A DNA stretch of 64,000 nt from Armatimonadota bacterium (GCA_039680575.1 JBDKSP010000050.1:10535-74534); one strand, 5' to 3'; positions 45,832-56,604 are shown, counted from the first letter of the stretch. The notes: generated by a model from the letters alone, not told the origin. Made by a program: numbers and translations.

Positions 45832-47490
45832 ATGGTGTGCTTGAGAGCTAAAGCTAATCGGGGTACTTCGTTAGTCGAAGTGCTGGTTGTACTGGTCGTG
45901 CTCGTGACGGGGATTCTGACTGTGGTCAATGTGTATCCGCCGGGGTTCAGGTCTGTTCGCCATGCCGAATGCGTGACTCTGGCCGGCCGTCTTGCTCAGT
46001 TCGAGATGGAGCGGTGGAAAAACAACTCCGAGAACCTGCCGGATGGCGTTCTGCCGATAGATGAATCGGGCGTTATCCTCAATGATCGTTTTCCAGGACC
46101 TCCGGTCGATGACGACAATGCTACCTGTTTTCGCAGGATCATAGGAGAGACCGTCCGCATACCTTTCGGCGGGTGGGCAAATGGTCCGTTGAGCGGGTCG
46201 GTTTATATCCTTTCCTTCAGCCCGATAGATACAACCCACGGCGAGGTCGTTATCAAGGGAAGCAACCTATCACGCCGTGTGCTGGATTCCGACGACAACA
46301 CGGAGCCATGGAGGTTCCTGAGATCTTACCAGTACGCTATAGATTACGATAACCTGGCGATATGCTTCCGTGAATCGAGTCAGACACATCTCTATTATCT
46401 CAGTTGTTCCTGGTGGGAAACGCCAACAGGGAGCAAAAATCCCTGTCTTCGGACGGTCACGAATATAAAGATAGAAGTCCCGGGCGGGACAGAGGGGTGG
46501 ATCAACTTCGGTCCGGTGATCCAGGATAAAATATCAGAAGGTGCTTCATATGCGGGCATCGACAGATACAGCGAAACAGTGGCGCGTGGGTTCACCGAGG
46601 TTACAAGCTGGTCTTCGGACCCATACGAATATATGATGGTCAACTCCCTGCTAGGCATTATATCGTTCAACCCCATAGGCTACAGCCAGAAGGAGTTTGG
46701 CCGTCCGCTCAAGGCAAGGATCGACTACGACATACTGGATCCTCAGATTATCCATGAAGATAAGCGTGTTCCAACGAATCAGCCCTACAGGGTGCATATG
46801 ACGCTCAACCGTATAAAGGAGAGCGGTGTGTCCCTGGAGATCAATGGTGATACGTATAACGGGCTGAATCCGGCGTTTAGTACTACGGATGATGAGGGGA
46901 ATACCTATGCCCCGGATATGATTGCTATAGACCTTGAGTCGGGGCGGCAGATTGCGTTTAATACCAAATGGATCGACTATAAGAGCGGTACAGTAGATCT
47001 ACCCGAAGATATTGAGCTTTTTAGGCCTGATAATAGCGGGACTGACAATATCTCACCAGCTGGGCGGAATATCCGGTTCTATTACAAAGCCGAAAGCGAC
47101 TGGTCGCTCCAGTTCCAAAAAGCCTATGTGCAATATGATAGAGATTACAGCTCCGGACAACTCGATTACAAGAGTTATGCCATCAATGAATCGAGCAAGC
47201 CTCAAAGATTGTGGTTCGCAACCTGTAATGCTGGTCATACTGTCTCTATCGATTACGAATACACCCTGAATGGGCAGACCAGAAGGGTCCTTGGCGAGTG
47301 CCACAAGACATCCGATTCGCTTCTTGATTACGGCGGTGTCGACAGCACTTATATCGATCTCAACAATGAGCCGACACGGATTTATTCGGTCAACGGCGTC
47401 TCCGTGAGGGCGAGAGTCATCTGGCGCGAGACTGAGAAGTGGCGGCATGTCGATCTGGATTCGATTATTGCGAAAAAGGCTACGGATTAG
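45832..47490 (+). CDS. Very large minor pilin (PilV/GspI-like position)
   Basis: RG|TSLVEVLVVLVVLVTGIL class III signal with E5; ATG 45832 after GGGAG. Confidence 0.75.
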   Translation: MVCLRAKANRGTSLVEVLVVLVVLVTGILTVVNVYPPGFRSVRHAECVTLAGRLAQFEMERWKNNSENLPDGVLPIDESGVILNDRFPGPPVDDDNATCFRRIIGETVRIPFGGWANGPLSGSVYILSFSPIDTTHGEVVIKGSNLSRRVLDSDDNTEPWRFLRSYQYAIDYDNLAICFRESSQTHLYYLSCSWWETPTGSKNPCLRTVTNIKIEVPGGTEGWINFGPVIQDKISEGASYAGIDRYSETVARGFTEVTSWSSDPYEYMMVNSLLGIISFNPIGYSQKEFGRPLKARIDYDILDPQIIHEDKRVPTNQPYRVHMTLNRIKESGVSLEINGDTYNGLNPAFSTTDDEGNTYAPDMIAIDLESGRQIAFNTKWIDYKSGTVDLPEDIELFRPDNSGTDNISPAGRNIRFYYKAESDWSLQFQKAYVQYDRDYSSGQLDYKSYAINESSKPQRLWFATCNAGHTVSIDYEYTLNGQTRRVLGECHKTSDSLLDYGGVDSTYIDLNNEPTRIYSVNGVSVRARVIWRETEKWRHVDLDSIIAKKATD

Positions 47491-47556
47491 TCCCGAACCG
47501 CATTCGAGAGGAATTACAAGCAAGTCGGAAGCGTATAACCGGTTAGCAAAGAGGTA

Positions 47557-49341
47557 GTGGTTATGGTCAATAAGAGGACAAGAGCAGGTTTTACTTTAGT
47601 GGAGCTTCTCGTGGTCATTTCGATCACGATTATCCTGATGGGCCTGATCTTTGCGCCTATCGTACAGACGTTCAACATGACCCGCCAGGCTAATGCGATG
47701 GTTATGGCGCAGAATACCGCCCGAACGACCCTGGAGCAGGTGAGCCGAGAGGTCAGCCAGGCGATGTTCGTCTATGATAACGCGAACAGCCCGATTAACT
47801 TCCCGGTCCAGCAGCCGGACGGCACTACGGAGAAAATAAAGGCGCTGTACGGCAAGATCGACATAGTCCTGCCTAAGCTCGTTATGCACTGTAACAATCC
47901 CGACCACGATGAGAGTCAGCCTCGGGACTATGAGCGCGGAGACGATGCATGGCCGGAGTGCCCGGTGTGTAAGTCCACCGATATAGAAGCCCGTCCGAAA
48001 GAACCGCTTGTTGCCGACGGCAAGATCGTGCGCTACTTTGTGGGACTGCTCAATAACGATCCCAATGCCGATCTTACAGTTTTTCCCGCTGAGAACTATC
48101 GAGACTGGCCTGAGACCGGTTCGCCGCTGAACGGGTTCATACTCTATCGCGCCGAAGTCGATCCATACGATAAAAATCTTTTCAAATTTGACAACGACGG
48201 TAAACCTATTCTCGACGATCCGGATTTCTTCTACAGCACGGAGATTCCTGAGGATGGGAATGGTAAGCCGTTCTGGGAGAACTGGAAGGCTGTCTCGAAG
48301 CCTGTCGGCCCACAGACTGACACCGACCTTGTGCTTTTGCGGATGAACGATGCGAACGACAGGGTCGTGACTGTAGTCCCGAGCGTACGGTTCCAGCCGG
48401 CACAGATGACGGACGACTCTTTCAAGCCGGCGTATGTCACCGATGAGGGTACCGAGTCGCCGGCAAGCATTCCGTCTGTTTTCAGAGCCAGCTACGGCGC
48501 GTGGGCGAGTTCTGTCGGAAATTCCAACCTTGAGATGTACAGTGTATCGCTGAACCGATACAATTCGGAATCGGACGCCAACGACATCTGGTACCGGACT
48601 GCGCGTCAAGGGGATGATAATCACTTGGTTATCAACAGGTATGATTCCGCAGGTAATCCTACCTTTGTTTTCGACATTACCGATTATGAAACGAACGGCG
48701 TTTTCCCGACGGATAGTCCCGAAGTCGCGTTTGTGGTCGATCCGGTAAAAGGCGAGGTAAGGTTCGATTTCCCTGATTCGGATGTGATACACCAGGACGA
48801 TATTATTGCCATGAACCAGCGTGTCGCGTTGAACAGTAACGCTTCCAACGGTTCTCCGGCCCGTATGTACCGCCTTACTATGTTCGATGAATTGTCTTCG
48901 ACCTCCGAATTCAAGCCGAGGATAGTCCCGGGAAGCGAAGTGGTTATGGGACCGGATATGACTTCTGGACTGCAGCCTGAAGATATCAAGATGGTCCGTT
49001 ATGAGCGCGTGCCTTTCAACCTCGGTGATCCGAGAAGGAACCAGTATAAGATAGACTACGGTATGAGCGACAGCTCGAATGCGGATAACAGCGTCGGTTG
49101 GATCGTTTTCAGCCCGGCTTACGATGATGTAATCCCGGAAACGATGTCCAGTGGAGAGTCCAGGTTCGAGATAAGTTACAAATTCCAGTGTAACCGTGAC
49201 GGAGACGTGGTCATAGGCAATTATGCAACCAAAACTCTTATGCAGATAACCATGGGTATTCGATATTACGACCGGAACTCCGGTAAAGTGCATCCTGTGG
49301 AGCTTACAAACAAGGTTCGTATACGAAACCTGATGAGATAA
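47557..49341 (+). CDS. Very large minor pilin (PilW/GspJ-like position)
   Basis: AG|FTLVELLVVISITIILMGLIF, then AQNTARTTLEQVSREVSQA helix; C-terminal LTNKVRIRN strand. Confidence 0.8.
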   Translation: MVMVNKRTRAGFTLVELLVVISITIILMGLIFAPIVQTFNMTRQANAMVMAQNTARTTLEQVSREVSQAMFVYDNANSPINFPVQQPDGTTEKIKALYGKIDIVLPKLVMHCNNPDHDESQPRDYERGDDAWPECPVCKSTDIEARPKEPLVADGKIVRYFVGLLNNDPNADLTVFPAENYRDWPETGSPLNGFILYRAEVDPYDKNLFKFDNDGKPILDDPDFFYSTEIPEDGNGKPFWENWKAVSKPVGPQTDTDLVLLRMNDANDRVVTVVPSVRFQPAQMTDDSFKPAYVTDEGTESPASIPSVFRASYGAWASSVGNSNLEMYSVSLNRYNSESDANDIWYRTARQGDDNHLVINRYDSAGNPTFVFDITDYETNGVFPTDSPEVAFVVDPVKGEVRFDFPDSDVIHQDDIIAMNQRVALNSNASNGSPARMYRLTMFDELSSTSEFKPRIVPGSEVVMGPDMTSGLQPEDIKMVRYERVPFNLGDPRRNQYKIDYGMSDSSNADNSVGWIVFSPAYDDVIPETMSSGESRFEISYKFQCNRDGDVVIGNYATKTLMQITMGIRYYDRNSGKVHPVELTNKVRIRNLMR

Positions 49342-49355
49342 GGATAAGACGAGCA

Positions 49356-52076
49356 ATGATGAAATCGATGAATCAAAGCAGAGTGCAGCTTGGGAACGAG
49401 CAGGGACAGTCACTGGTGATTGCAATCATAGTGATGTTTTTGCTCGCGTTCATCAGCGTAGTGTTTGTCGTGCTCGTCGCCCGGAACCAGGGTCGCGCCG
49501 GACGGTCGAGGGACGTTATTACAGCGCAGTATCTGGCTGAAGCAGGCATACATTACGCGGATAATATGCTCATGACCAGCGATGACGGCGCTGACTGGCG
49601 TCCTGCACCGGAGAATATGCCGGTGACCAGTTCCGACGGAGTGGATAACAAACTTCATCCCGATTTCAAATGGCTCAGGCCGTATTCCGCTGTCGAGGCT
49701 TCCGATGGCAGCACCGGACCGACCGGAGGATTCACCACCTTCAGGATGGGAGAAGGCAGATACCTGCTCCGTGTAAGTTATAACCCGGACCCGAAAGACT
49801 CGATGTCCAAGTATATCAAGATCGAGTCCATCGGACGGATAGGCACCGTCGAAAGTGACGACCCCACAACCTGGGACAGCAACGTACGCCTCCGCAGGGA
49901 ACTTACCGCCTATAAACCAATCGGTATTACGGACTATCTCAGGTTCGTGACTAACCTGGAGAAACGTTCGACGGATATTCCGCTTGGCGCTGCCGGGTTC
50001 AATGTAAAATACGGCAGCGAAACAACAGCGGGAGAGGGTGTCCGTGGAGCGCCAATCAGAGTAAACGGCAATCTTGAGTGGTATGGCAATCGGATAGACC
50101 TGGTGCTGAGAGGAACAAGTTATCAAAACGGCGCAAGCCCTGAGTACACGCCGCTCGATATGGTGGAAGTTGCTGGAACGATCAAACATGAAGAGATCGA
50201 CATTAACGACAGCAGCCAGCCGGTCCCTATAACGCTTTTTGAAGTAATCAACGACGGCACAGCGAACAGTTATCCTGTTTACCCATCGGATTATACTCAG
50301 CCGTTTACTACGGTGTATGGTTTTTACCGAGACGGCTCCGACAGCCCGGATGTAGACAAACAGGCCAGAGGCATCAAGCGGCTGGAGCCTCCGCTCCTGG
50401 ACGACGATGACACGCCTACCAAGGTTTCGAGGTATGTAGCGCTTACGCGCGACTCCGGTATATGGCTTCAGCAGGGCTGGGGGGATCAAAAATGGGTGAA
50501 CAGCGGCCGTTACGGCTGGGGACAAGGCATCTATATCGATAACAGCGATGACATTCAGCAGGAAAGTGAGACCCTTTTCGGAGGTTATACTCCAAGGGCG
50601 GACTGGATGAAGCCGAACAACGATATGTCAGCCTATTGGCAGGGGCCGTATTACGTCCCGCCAGGCGTTGTCATTACCTTGAACCCCTATGATACGGATG
50701 GAGACGAACAGCCGGATATTACGATCACAAGGACTGACATCAAGAGTAAGAAGAGCGACAATCTTTACGGCAAGAAATCGGTCTGGTACAACTCTTTCGG
50801 AGTGCCGATGAACGATAAGGGTTCGACCATAACCATCCCTTATCCGCAAGGGACGCAGACGTTCACTCATTACAATATAGACAATAACGGAAACAAGACA
50901 GATCAGGAAATAACCATCGACCGAAACGGCGTTATCTATGCCGAGGGTAATGTACGTATCAAAGGCATGCTGCCCAAAGACAAGCAGCTTACGGTGGTCT
51001 CCGGCGGGATCATCTATGTGGAAGGCAATATACTGAAGTATCGCGACGAAGAAGGTAATGTCGATCCCACTTCCGCAATATCGCTTCTCGCCAAGCAGTA
51101 CGTCTGTGTAAATACTACTCAGTTCGTATCGCTCCTGTCATCGCTCGGTCCGACTTCCATCGCATCGGATTCGGGAACAGGGCAGCCGCCGTACCACCTG
51201 ATAGTGACGCCGGAACCATCGACTACGTTCTTCTCGTCGTTCTCGTTCGGTCCGTCGAGCGGAAGCTGGCAGACAGGTGACGATGCGATGCTTTTCGTAA
51301 GGCACGCCGGACAATATGGTCCGTCATATATCAATATGTGGCTCAATCGAGGAAGCGGCACAGATGGGCTTCTTTCGATCGGGCAGAATAACCAGTATCT
51401 GCCGCCGGAGTGGGTCTATGGCTGCGGCGACCCGCGCTATTGCCCGGAGGGCACAGGGCTTTCGAGCCTGTTCGAGCATAAAATATTCGATACTTCGAAT
51501 GGGTTCGATAAGTCAAGGCTGGATTACTCTATCGGAAGGCCGAACTATTTCGAGATTGCGCTCGATCAGTCATCGTACGCCAGGAATAACTATCTATTGT
51601 CGGCTTTTACCATACAGCCGATGGATGTTCGCATCGAAGCGGTCATGTATGCTCAGAACAGGTCGTTTTTCATCATCCCAGGCAACTGGTTCAACATGAA
51701 CGCTGCAGATACCGGCAAGGACGGGTACCGGCCTCGTGGTGTAGATCCCAAGTGGCCGCTTTACGGGCAGCCGCTCGATACCAAGATCACCATAGATGGA
51801 GCGATTACCGAAAACCTGCCTGCATCCGTTGGAGATGTAAGCGAGTGGTATTCGAAGTGGAGCAACATACCCGCTAAGTATGGTACGAGTGACATTTCAA
51901 CGGCGCATCCAGGTGATGGCCTTACGTTCCTTTACGATCCGATGGTCGGCTGGCCTGTATATGAAAACAGCGGGGTAATGACGCCGGTCCGCAAGGACGA
52001 TTATGACCGACCGCTTCCCATTACGCCGCGTCTGCCTGTTTGCAGGTCGCTTTACTATTATGGAGAGCCTACATAA
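49356..52076 (+). CDS. Very large PilX/GspK-like minor pilin
   Basis: NEQG|QSLVIAIIVMFLL (no E5), AQYLAEAGI, IKIESIGR: PilX N-terminal pattern. Confidence 0.75.
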   Translation: MMKSMNQSRVQLGNEQGQSLVIAIIVMFLLAFISVVFVVLVARNQGRAGRSRDVITAQYLAEAGIHYADNMLMTSDDGADWRPAPENMPVTSSDGVDNKLHPDFKWLRPYSAVEASDGSTGPTGGFTTFRMGEGRYLLRVSYNPDPKDSMSKYIKIESIGRIGTVESDDPTTWDSNVRLRRELTAYKPIGITDYLRFVTNLEKRSTDIPLGAAGFNVKYGSETTAGEGVRGAPIRVNGNLEWYGNRIDLVLRGTSYQNGASPEYTPLDMVEVAGTIKHEEIDINDSSQPVPITLFEVINDGTANSYPVYPSDYTQPFTTVYGFYRDGSDSPDVDKQARGIKRLEPPLLDDDDTPTKVSRYVALTRDSGIWLQQGWGDQKWVNSGRYGWGQGIYIDNSDDIQQESETLFGGYTPRADWMKPNNDMSAYWQGPYYVPPGVVITLNPYDTDGDEQPDITITRTDIKSKKSDNLYGKKSVWYNSFGVPMNDKGSTITIPYPQGTQTFTHYNIDNNGNKTDQEITIDRNGVIYAEGNVRIKGMLPKDKQLTVVSGGIIYVEGNILKYRDEEGNVDPTSAISLLAKQYVCVNTTQFVSLLSSLGPTSIASDSGTGQPPYHLIVTPEPSTTFFSSFSFGPSSGSWQTGDDAMLFVRHAGQYGPSYINMWLNRGSGTDGLLSIGQNNQYLPPEWVYGCGDPRYCPEGTGLSSLFEHKIFDTSNGFDKSRLDYSIGRPNYFEIALDQSSYARNNYLLSAFTIQPMDVRIEAVMYAQNRSFFIIPGNWFNMNAADTGKDGYRPRGVDPKWPLYGQPLDTKITIDGAITENLPASVGDVSEWYSKWSNIPAKYGTSDISTAHPGDGLTFLYDPMVGWPVYENSGVMTPVRKDDYDRPLPITPRLPVCRSLYYYGEPT

Positions 52077-52132
52077 CTGCCGGCGGAGCTGTTTCTGCCG
52101 GATTGGAGTTTTATAAAAAGGTGTGCAGCCAA

Positions 52133-55100
52133 ATGATACGCAAAATTTCATATTCAGCGATAGCCGCAGTGATTTTAACCATACTGCTCGCGCAGATTGC
52201 ATTCGCAGGCGCGCAGACATATGTCGATAAACAGCATGTCATCAATGCTGGGGTGCTGCTTCCGAGGTTGTCCACAAATCTGAAACTGGATGTCGGGGCG
52301 AAAGCTCCGTACATTTTTTATATAATGGGGCTGAGGGACGACATCAAGCCGCATGGCTGGACATTCGTTAACCCGTTGGCAGGCGGCAAAGATTCCTATT
52401 ACAAGAACTATAGGAAGTATTGGGAAGTCTCGTTGGCACAAACTACTTACGAGAACCTCGCTAAGTTCGACATACTCTATATGAATGCGGACGAAGCTGT
52501 GAGGTTTCCGATGGCCGATAGAGACAAACTCCGCAGATATGTGGATGGCGGAGGGTGCCTCTGGGTGGATAACGGCGGGAATATGACATTCCCCAGCGGT
52601 ACGAACGCCGTGGACGAGTTCTTCCTTCCCGGCCTGAATTTCACATCGGGCGGCGGCGGGACTCCGATGCTTCTGCAGACGCTTCACCCGCTGGTCACGA
52701 CGCCTTTTAAATTGAGTTCGTATGAGCTTGCTTCACTCAGCTCGACTTCCAAGGCCATAAACCCAGGGTACGACTCAAGCTTCGGATCGATTCCCAGCCC
52801 TACCACGCTTTCGTCGATCCTGGTCTCCACCAGCGGCAGCGGGCTCAGCAATGATCCGCCTACCATTGCTGCAATAGAATATGGCAGTGGCAGGGTGGTA
52901 TTTACATCCGGTTTCATAGGCGGAAATATCCAGAGTCCGGTGATCAACTGGTCGAGCGTTCCCGATTACATGAATGTCAATTCGACTGACGTTAACGTGA
53001 TGGCCGCTATTCCGGCTAACGTAAGGTTTGCCTATAATGTCGTCGGATACGCGACGTCCTACACAACTTTCAGAAAAGAATACCGCCGTACGGGTTATTC
53101 CGTAGAGACTCTTGGCGCGCCGCTTCTGAAGCAATGGAACTGCAGCAAAGCGATCAGCAGGGGAGACATAGAGAACAGCCCTGTTATCTGGAAAGGTATC
53201 ATATTCTACTCATCAGGTAATACACTCTATGCGATGGATTCCAAGCCGGATAACGACATAGATATGAACGGTGTTACGGATGACGGCGTGACCGATGCGG
53301 CAAATGCTGACTGCGATGTGATCTGGAGTTATGATTGCCCGGACGAGATTTCCAGCCCGACAGTGGTGACAATGATCGATCCGCGCGCCGATCCGATCGA
53401 GCCGAGGGATTTCGTGCTTGTTACCTGCAAGGATGGGCATGTATATGTGTTCGATGCCCTATCATCCGACCTGTCTTCCGCCACTCTTCGAGATGAACTC
53501 TGGGATGGTACGATTGGTGATGGTGACGGAGCGCTGCTGCCTCCGGTCGTGCAGAACGGGTGGATTTATGCCATCGGACAAGACGGGAAAATTTATGCTC
53601 ACAGCCCGGTGCTTAAGGAGGCAAGCTCCAAAAGCATGTTCGATCAGTCACCAACATGGTCGCTTGCCCTTGATCAGGACATAACCAAACCCGTCAAGGT
53701 CAAGTCCGGTCCGACGCTTGCGTTTGTGAAGAACCAGACAAATGGGGCAATAGTGCAGATGCTCTCGGTCATCGGCCGGCCGAAAAGGTCAATATCTCCG
53801 CTTCCTAATGATTATATCTATTCGCTGCCGGTCTTCGTGTCGAGTGACAAGTTGACTCCTATCAGCCCGGGTTCGCTGAAATACAATCCGTCATCGGCCA
53901 AGTTCAGGACGTCTTACGGCCTTCTGCCGATATCGTCCTATCCGGAACCAGAGGCGTGGGCTGTTGATGCGGAAGGCAATTCTATCCCTTTGGATAAACC
54001 TGATATTTCGACAAATCCGGGACAGGTGACGATAAGAACAACAAGCGGCGTTCTCAGCACCGGCATCAAGGTCTATATGTCCTATGCGATAGACTATAGC
54101 AATGTCACGAACTTTACGCCGCTGAGCTATGAACTTCCTCCTAACATGGGAACCATCTTGACAGATCAACTCGAAGCCGCGTCGACTCCTGCGATAGGCC
54201 CCAATGATAATTTTTACTTGGGGGTTGATTGGGGGGATGATACCAAAGGTTCGGGGCGCTCGTCCATCTACTCTCTGTGGTTCGATGGTACGTCGCGTTC
54301 CGCGAAGCTCGGTTTCAATTACTTCCTGCACGGCGGAGGGAATTTCCTGGACCCTTCCGCGGCAAGTGGTACGGTCGGTGACAAGGTGTCGCTCTATGAT
54401 GCGACAAAGAACCCGATGACGGGTGTGCCGGATAAATTGTGGGGCGTTCAGGCAAGTCTGCCGGATCCGAGTAATCCTCAGGAGAAGATAATTTACCCGG
54501 TTGCCAATCTTGTGGTTAATTGCACTCCCGCGGTAACGAACGACAGATTATTTGTCACTGCGTCTACTCGTGACCCAGGCGCTCCGGGGCTATCCAAAGG
54601 TTATCTGCTCTGCCTCAAGGCCGGGCAGGAGTTCTCGATCAGGCTGAACAGATCGCTCAAGGACCCATCAGTGACGGACAGAAAATACGAAGTATCTGTC
54701 TGGCAGCCGGATTTTCTATTTGGCGATGATTCATCGTCCATGTCGCCCCTCAATGCGGCAAAGAAAGTGCCCAGCGATATGATAGACTACGATTCGGGAA
54801 CGATTACGATTAATAATTTCTCCCGGATCAGGCTGAGCGTGACGGTGGGCGGCACACTGATACCGACAAACACGCTGACGACATCGCTTCCGGTATGGGT
54901 ATTCGTCGATCGCAAGCTTATCCCACTGGACCAGGTAGATTACTCAAGCTGGGACAACCTGCTCTGGTCTATGGCTGTGCCTGACCATGACGGCACCCCA
55001 TGTTCCGGTGTTTCGAGTTCTCCGATAGTCCTTGGTGATTATGTCTACTTTACCTGTGATGACGGTTACTTATTTGCTGTGCCGGTAGACGCGACGCCGG

Positions 55101-56587
55101 AGGACGCCAAGTCAAAGATAGTCAATGCCAGTAATGTCGCAGAGATGAAACAGCGCATTGACCCGGACAATACGATGACCGGGAATTACAGGTCGTCGCT
55201 TGCAGGTGGAAATGGGATGCTGGTCGTGCCGTCGCCATGCGGGATTTATCTTTTCAAAAATGAGATGAGCCTGCTGACGGACAATCATCGCATACTCGAA
55301 GTCGGCACGGACGGCAATGTCTCATGGTCTTGCGATTCCGTTACCGAATATACACCGCTCAGCGGGTCCGGTACCGGCACCATTTATGGGAACAGCTCGC
55401 AGCCGTTGAGCAAGCCGCTCGTCGCTCAAAAGTATAATGGATCCGATTATCTCGTCGTCGATTCAGGCAATGACCGTATCCTCAGGATCGATAGGGGCGG
55501 CCAGGCATCCTGGGTATGTACTGTGTTCGATGATTCGTATAAGAGTCTCCTTCGTTCCGGCGAACCGAAAAAGCTCAAATCTCCGAGCGACGCTATCATG
55601 TGGAGCGAATTCGAGAACGACGGAAGCAATTGGTATTATGTTAACCACTGCCTCGTGGCCGACAGCGGCAATTTCAGGCTTCTCGATATAGTGGACAGGT
55701 ATCATGCAAACTCGAACAGACAGATACTCAGTCCGGTGGAGACAGACACCAACGGCAGGCCGCTCCACCAGTTGAACTGGATATCCAGGACGACGAACAA
55801 AGACAAACGGTTCACGTATAACAGCGTGAAGCTGATCTTCGGGACCGAGGAATCGGAGTCAGGTGCGAGTTTATATGTCAACCAGGTCTGGGCTTCGATC
55901 TCGAACTATGGTCTTGGGACCGGATATGACCCGGCCAAGACAGAGAGTACGGGCGGCGGGCAGTTGGGCGGCGCAATAGTCGGCATGAAGTATCGAGAAA
56001 GCACTGGAAACTTCCAGTGGAGTTATGACGACGATTCAAGTATTGTCGGCCAGCTCACGACTTTGACCGCCAATAATGGGTCCAGGGTCGCGCTTTCCGG
56101 CCCGACATATTTCGATGTTCTGGACTCCTCAATTCCGAGGCTGCTCATTTGCGATTCGTCAGCGGTCTATGTTGTGGAAAATTCGGCTGGTAATATTGTC
56201 TGGGACCTGACGGCAAGTGAATATGCCGCGCTGTCCAGGAAGATTTCCAAGGTAAATGCGATCAACGGAGAAGTGTCCACCCTTGATAATGTTGTGGTCC
56301 CGATACCGTTTATGCCATACAGGGCGCAGATACTGCCTAACAACCGGATACTTATCGTGAACAGCTACGCCGGCCAGATCAGCGATCTGTTCAGAAGTAA
56401 ATTCAGTGGTGAGGTATTCGAAGTGGACTGCATTGCGAATTTCTCACCGGACTATATCGAGTGGTATACTCCAGAGCTCTGGAGAAACGATCCCAGTGCG
56501 GATAATTCAGATCTGGGACCGTATACTCAGAAGATGAAGAATTCGTCCAATCTGGAGCAGCCGACCTGTGTGCAGAGGCTGTTCTGA
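52133..56587 (+). CDS. Large secreted beta-propeller protein, PilY1-like adhesin candidate
   Basis: Sec signal ending in AFA. DUF4159-like LRRYVDGGGCLWVD; PQQ-like SSPIV..DDGYLFAV repeats; NHL-like VDSGNDRI/ADSGNFRL; DIDMNGVTD. Start reassigned to ATG 52133. Confidence 0.7.
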   Translation: MIRKISYSAIAAVILTILLAQIAFAGAQTYVDKQHVINAGVLLPRLSTNLKLDVGAKAPYIFYIMGLRDDIKPHGWTFVNPLAGGKDSYYKNYRKYWEVSLAQTTYENLAKFDILYMNADEAVRFPMADRDKLRRYVDGGGCLWVDNGGNMTFPSGTNAVDEFFLPGLNFTSGGGGTPMLLQTLHPLVTTPFKLSSYELASLSSTSKAINPGYDSSFGSIPSPTTLSSILVSTSGSGLSNDPPTIAAIEYGSGRVVFTSGFIGGNIQSPVINWSSVPDYMNVNSTDVNVMAAIPANVRFAYNVVGYATSYTTFRKEYRRTGYSVETLGAPLLKQWNCSKAISRGDIENSPVIWKGIIFYSSGNTLYAMDSKPDNDIDMNGVTDDGVTDAANADCDVIWSYDCPDEISSPTVVTMIDPRADPIEPRDFVLVTCKDGHVYVFDALSSDLSSATLRDELWDGTIGDGDGALLPPVVQNGWIYAIGQDGKIYAHSPVLKEASSKSMFDQSPTWSLALDQDITKPVKVKSGPTLAFVKNQTNGAIVQMLSVIGRPKRSISPLPNDYIYSLPVFVSSDKLTPISPGSLKYNPSSAKFRTSYGLLPISSYPEPEAWAVDAEGNSIPLDKPDISTNPGQVTIRTTSGVLSTGIKVYMSYAIDYSNVTNFTPLSYELPPNMGTILTDQLEAASTPAIGPNDNFYLGVDWGDDTKGSGRSSIYSLWFDGTSRSAKLGFNYFLHGGGNFLDPSAASGTVGDKVSLYDATKNPMTGVPDKLWGVQASLPDPSNPQEKIIYPVANLVVNCTPAVTNDRLFVTASTRDPGAPGLSKGYLLCLKAGQEFSIRLNRSLKDPSVTDRKYEVSVWQPDFLFGDDSSSMSPLNAAKKVPSDMIDYDSGTITINNFSRIRLSVTVGGTLIPTNTLTTSLPVWVFVDRKLIPLDQVDYSSWDNLLWSMAVPDHDGTPCSGVSSSPIVLGDYVYFTCDDGYLFAVPVDATPEDAKSKIVNASNVAEMKQRIDPDNTMTGNYRSSLAGGNGMLVVPSPCGIYLFKNEMSLLTDNHRILEVGTDGNVSWSCDSVTEYTPLSGSGTGTIYGNSSQPLSKPLVAQKYNGSDYLVVDSGNDRILRIDRGGQASWVCTVFDDSYKSLLRSGEPKKLKSPSDAIMWSEFENDGSNWYYVNHCLVADSGNFRLLDIVDRYHANSNRQILSPVETDTNGRPLHQLNWISRTTNKDKRFTYNSVKLIFGTEESESGASLYVNQVWASISNYGLGTGYDPAKTESTGGGQLGGAIVGMKYRESTGNFQWSYDDDSSIVGQLTTLTANNGSRVALSGPTYFDVLDSSIPRLLICDSSAVYVVENSAGNIVWDLTASEYAALSRKISKVNAINGEVSTLDNVVVPIPFMPYRAQILPNNRILIVNSYAGQISDLFRSKFSGEVFEVDCIANFSPDYIEWYTPELWRNDPSADNSDLGPYTQKMKNSSNLEQPTCVQRLF

Positions 56588-56604
56588 GCAATGAATGTCG
56601 GACG

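Noticed and set aside
47596..49425. 609 aa minus-strand ORF
   Set aside because: Antisense shadow of the PilW-like gene; no recognisable motif.
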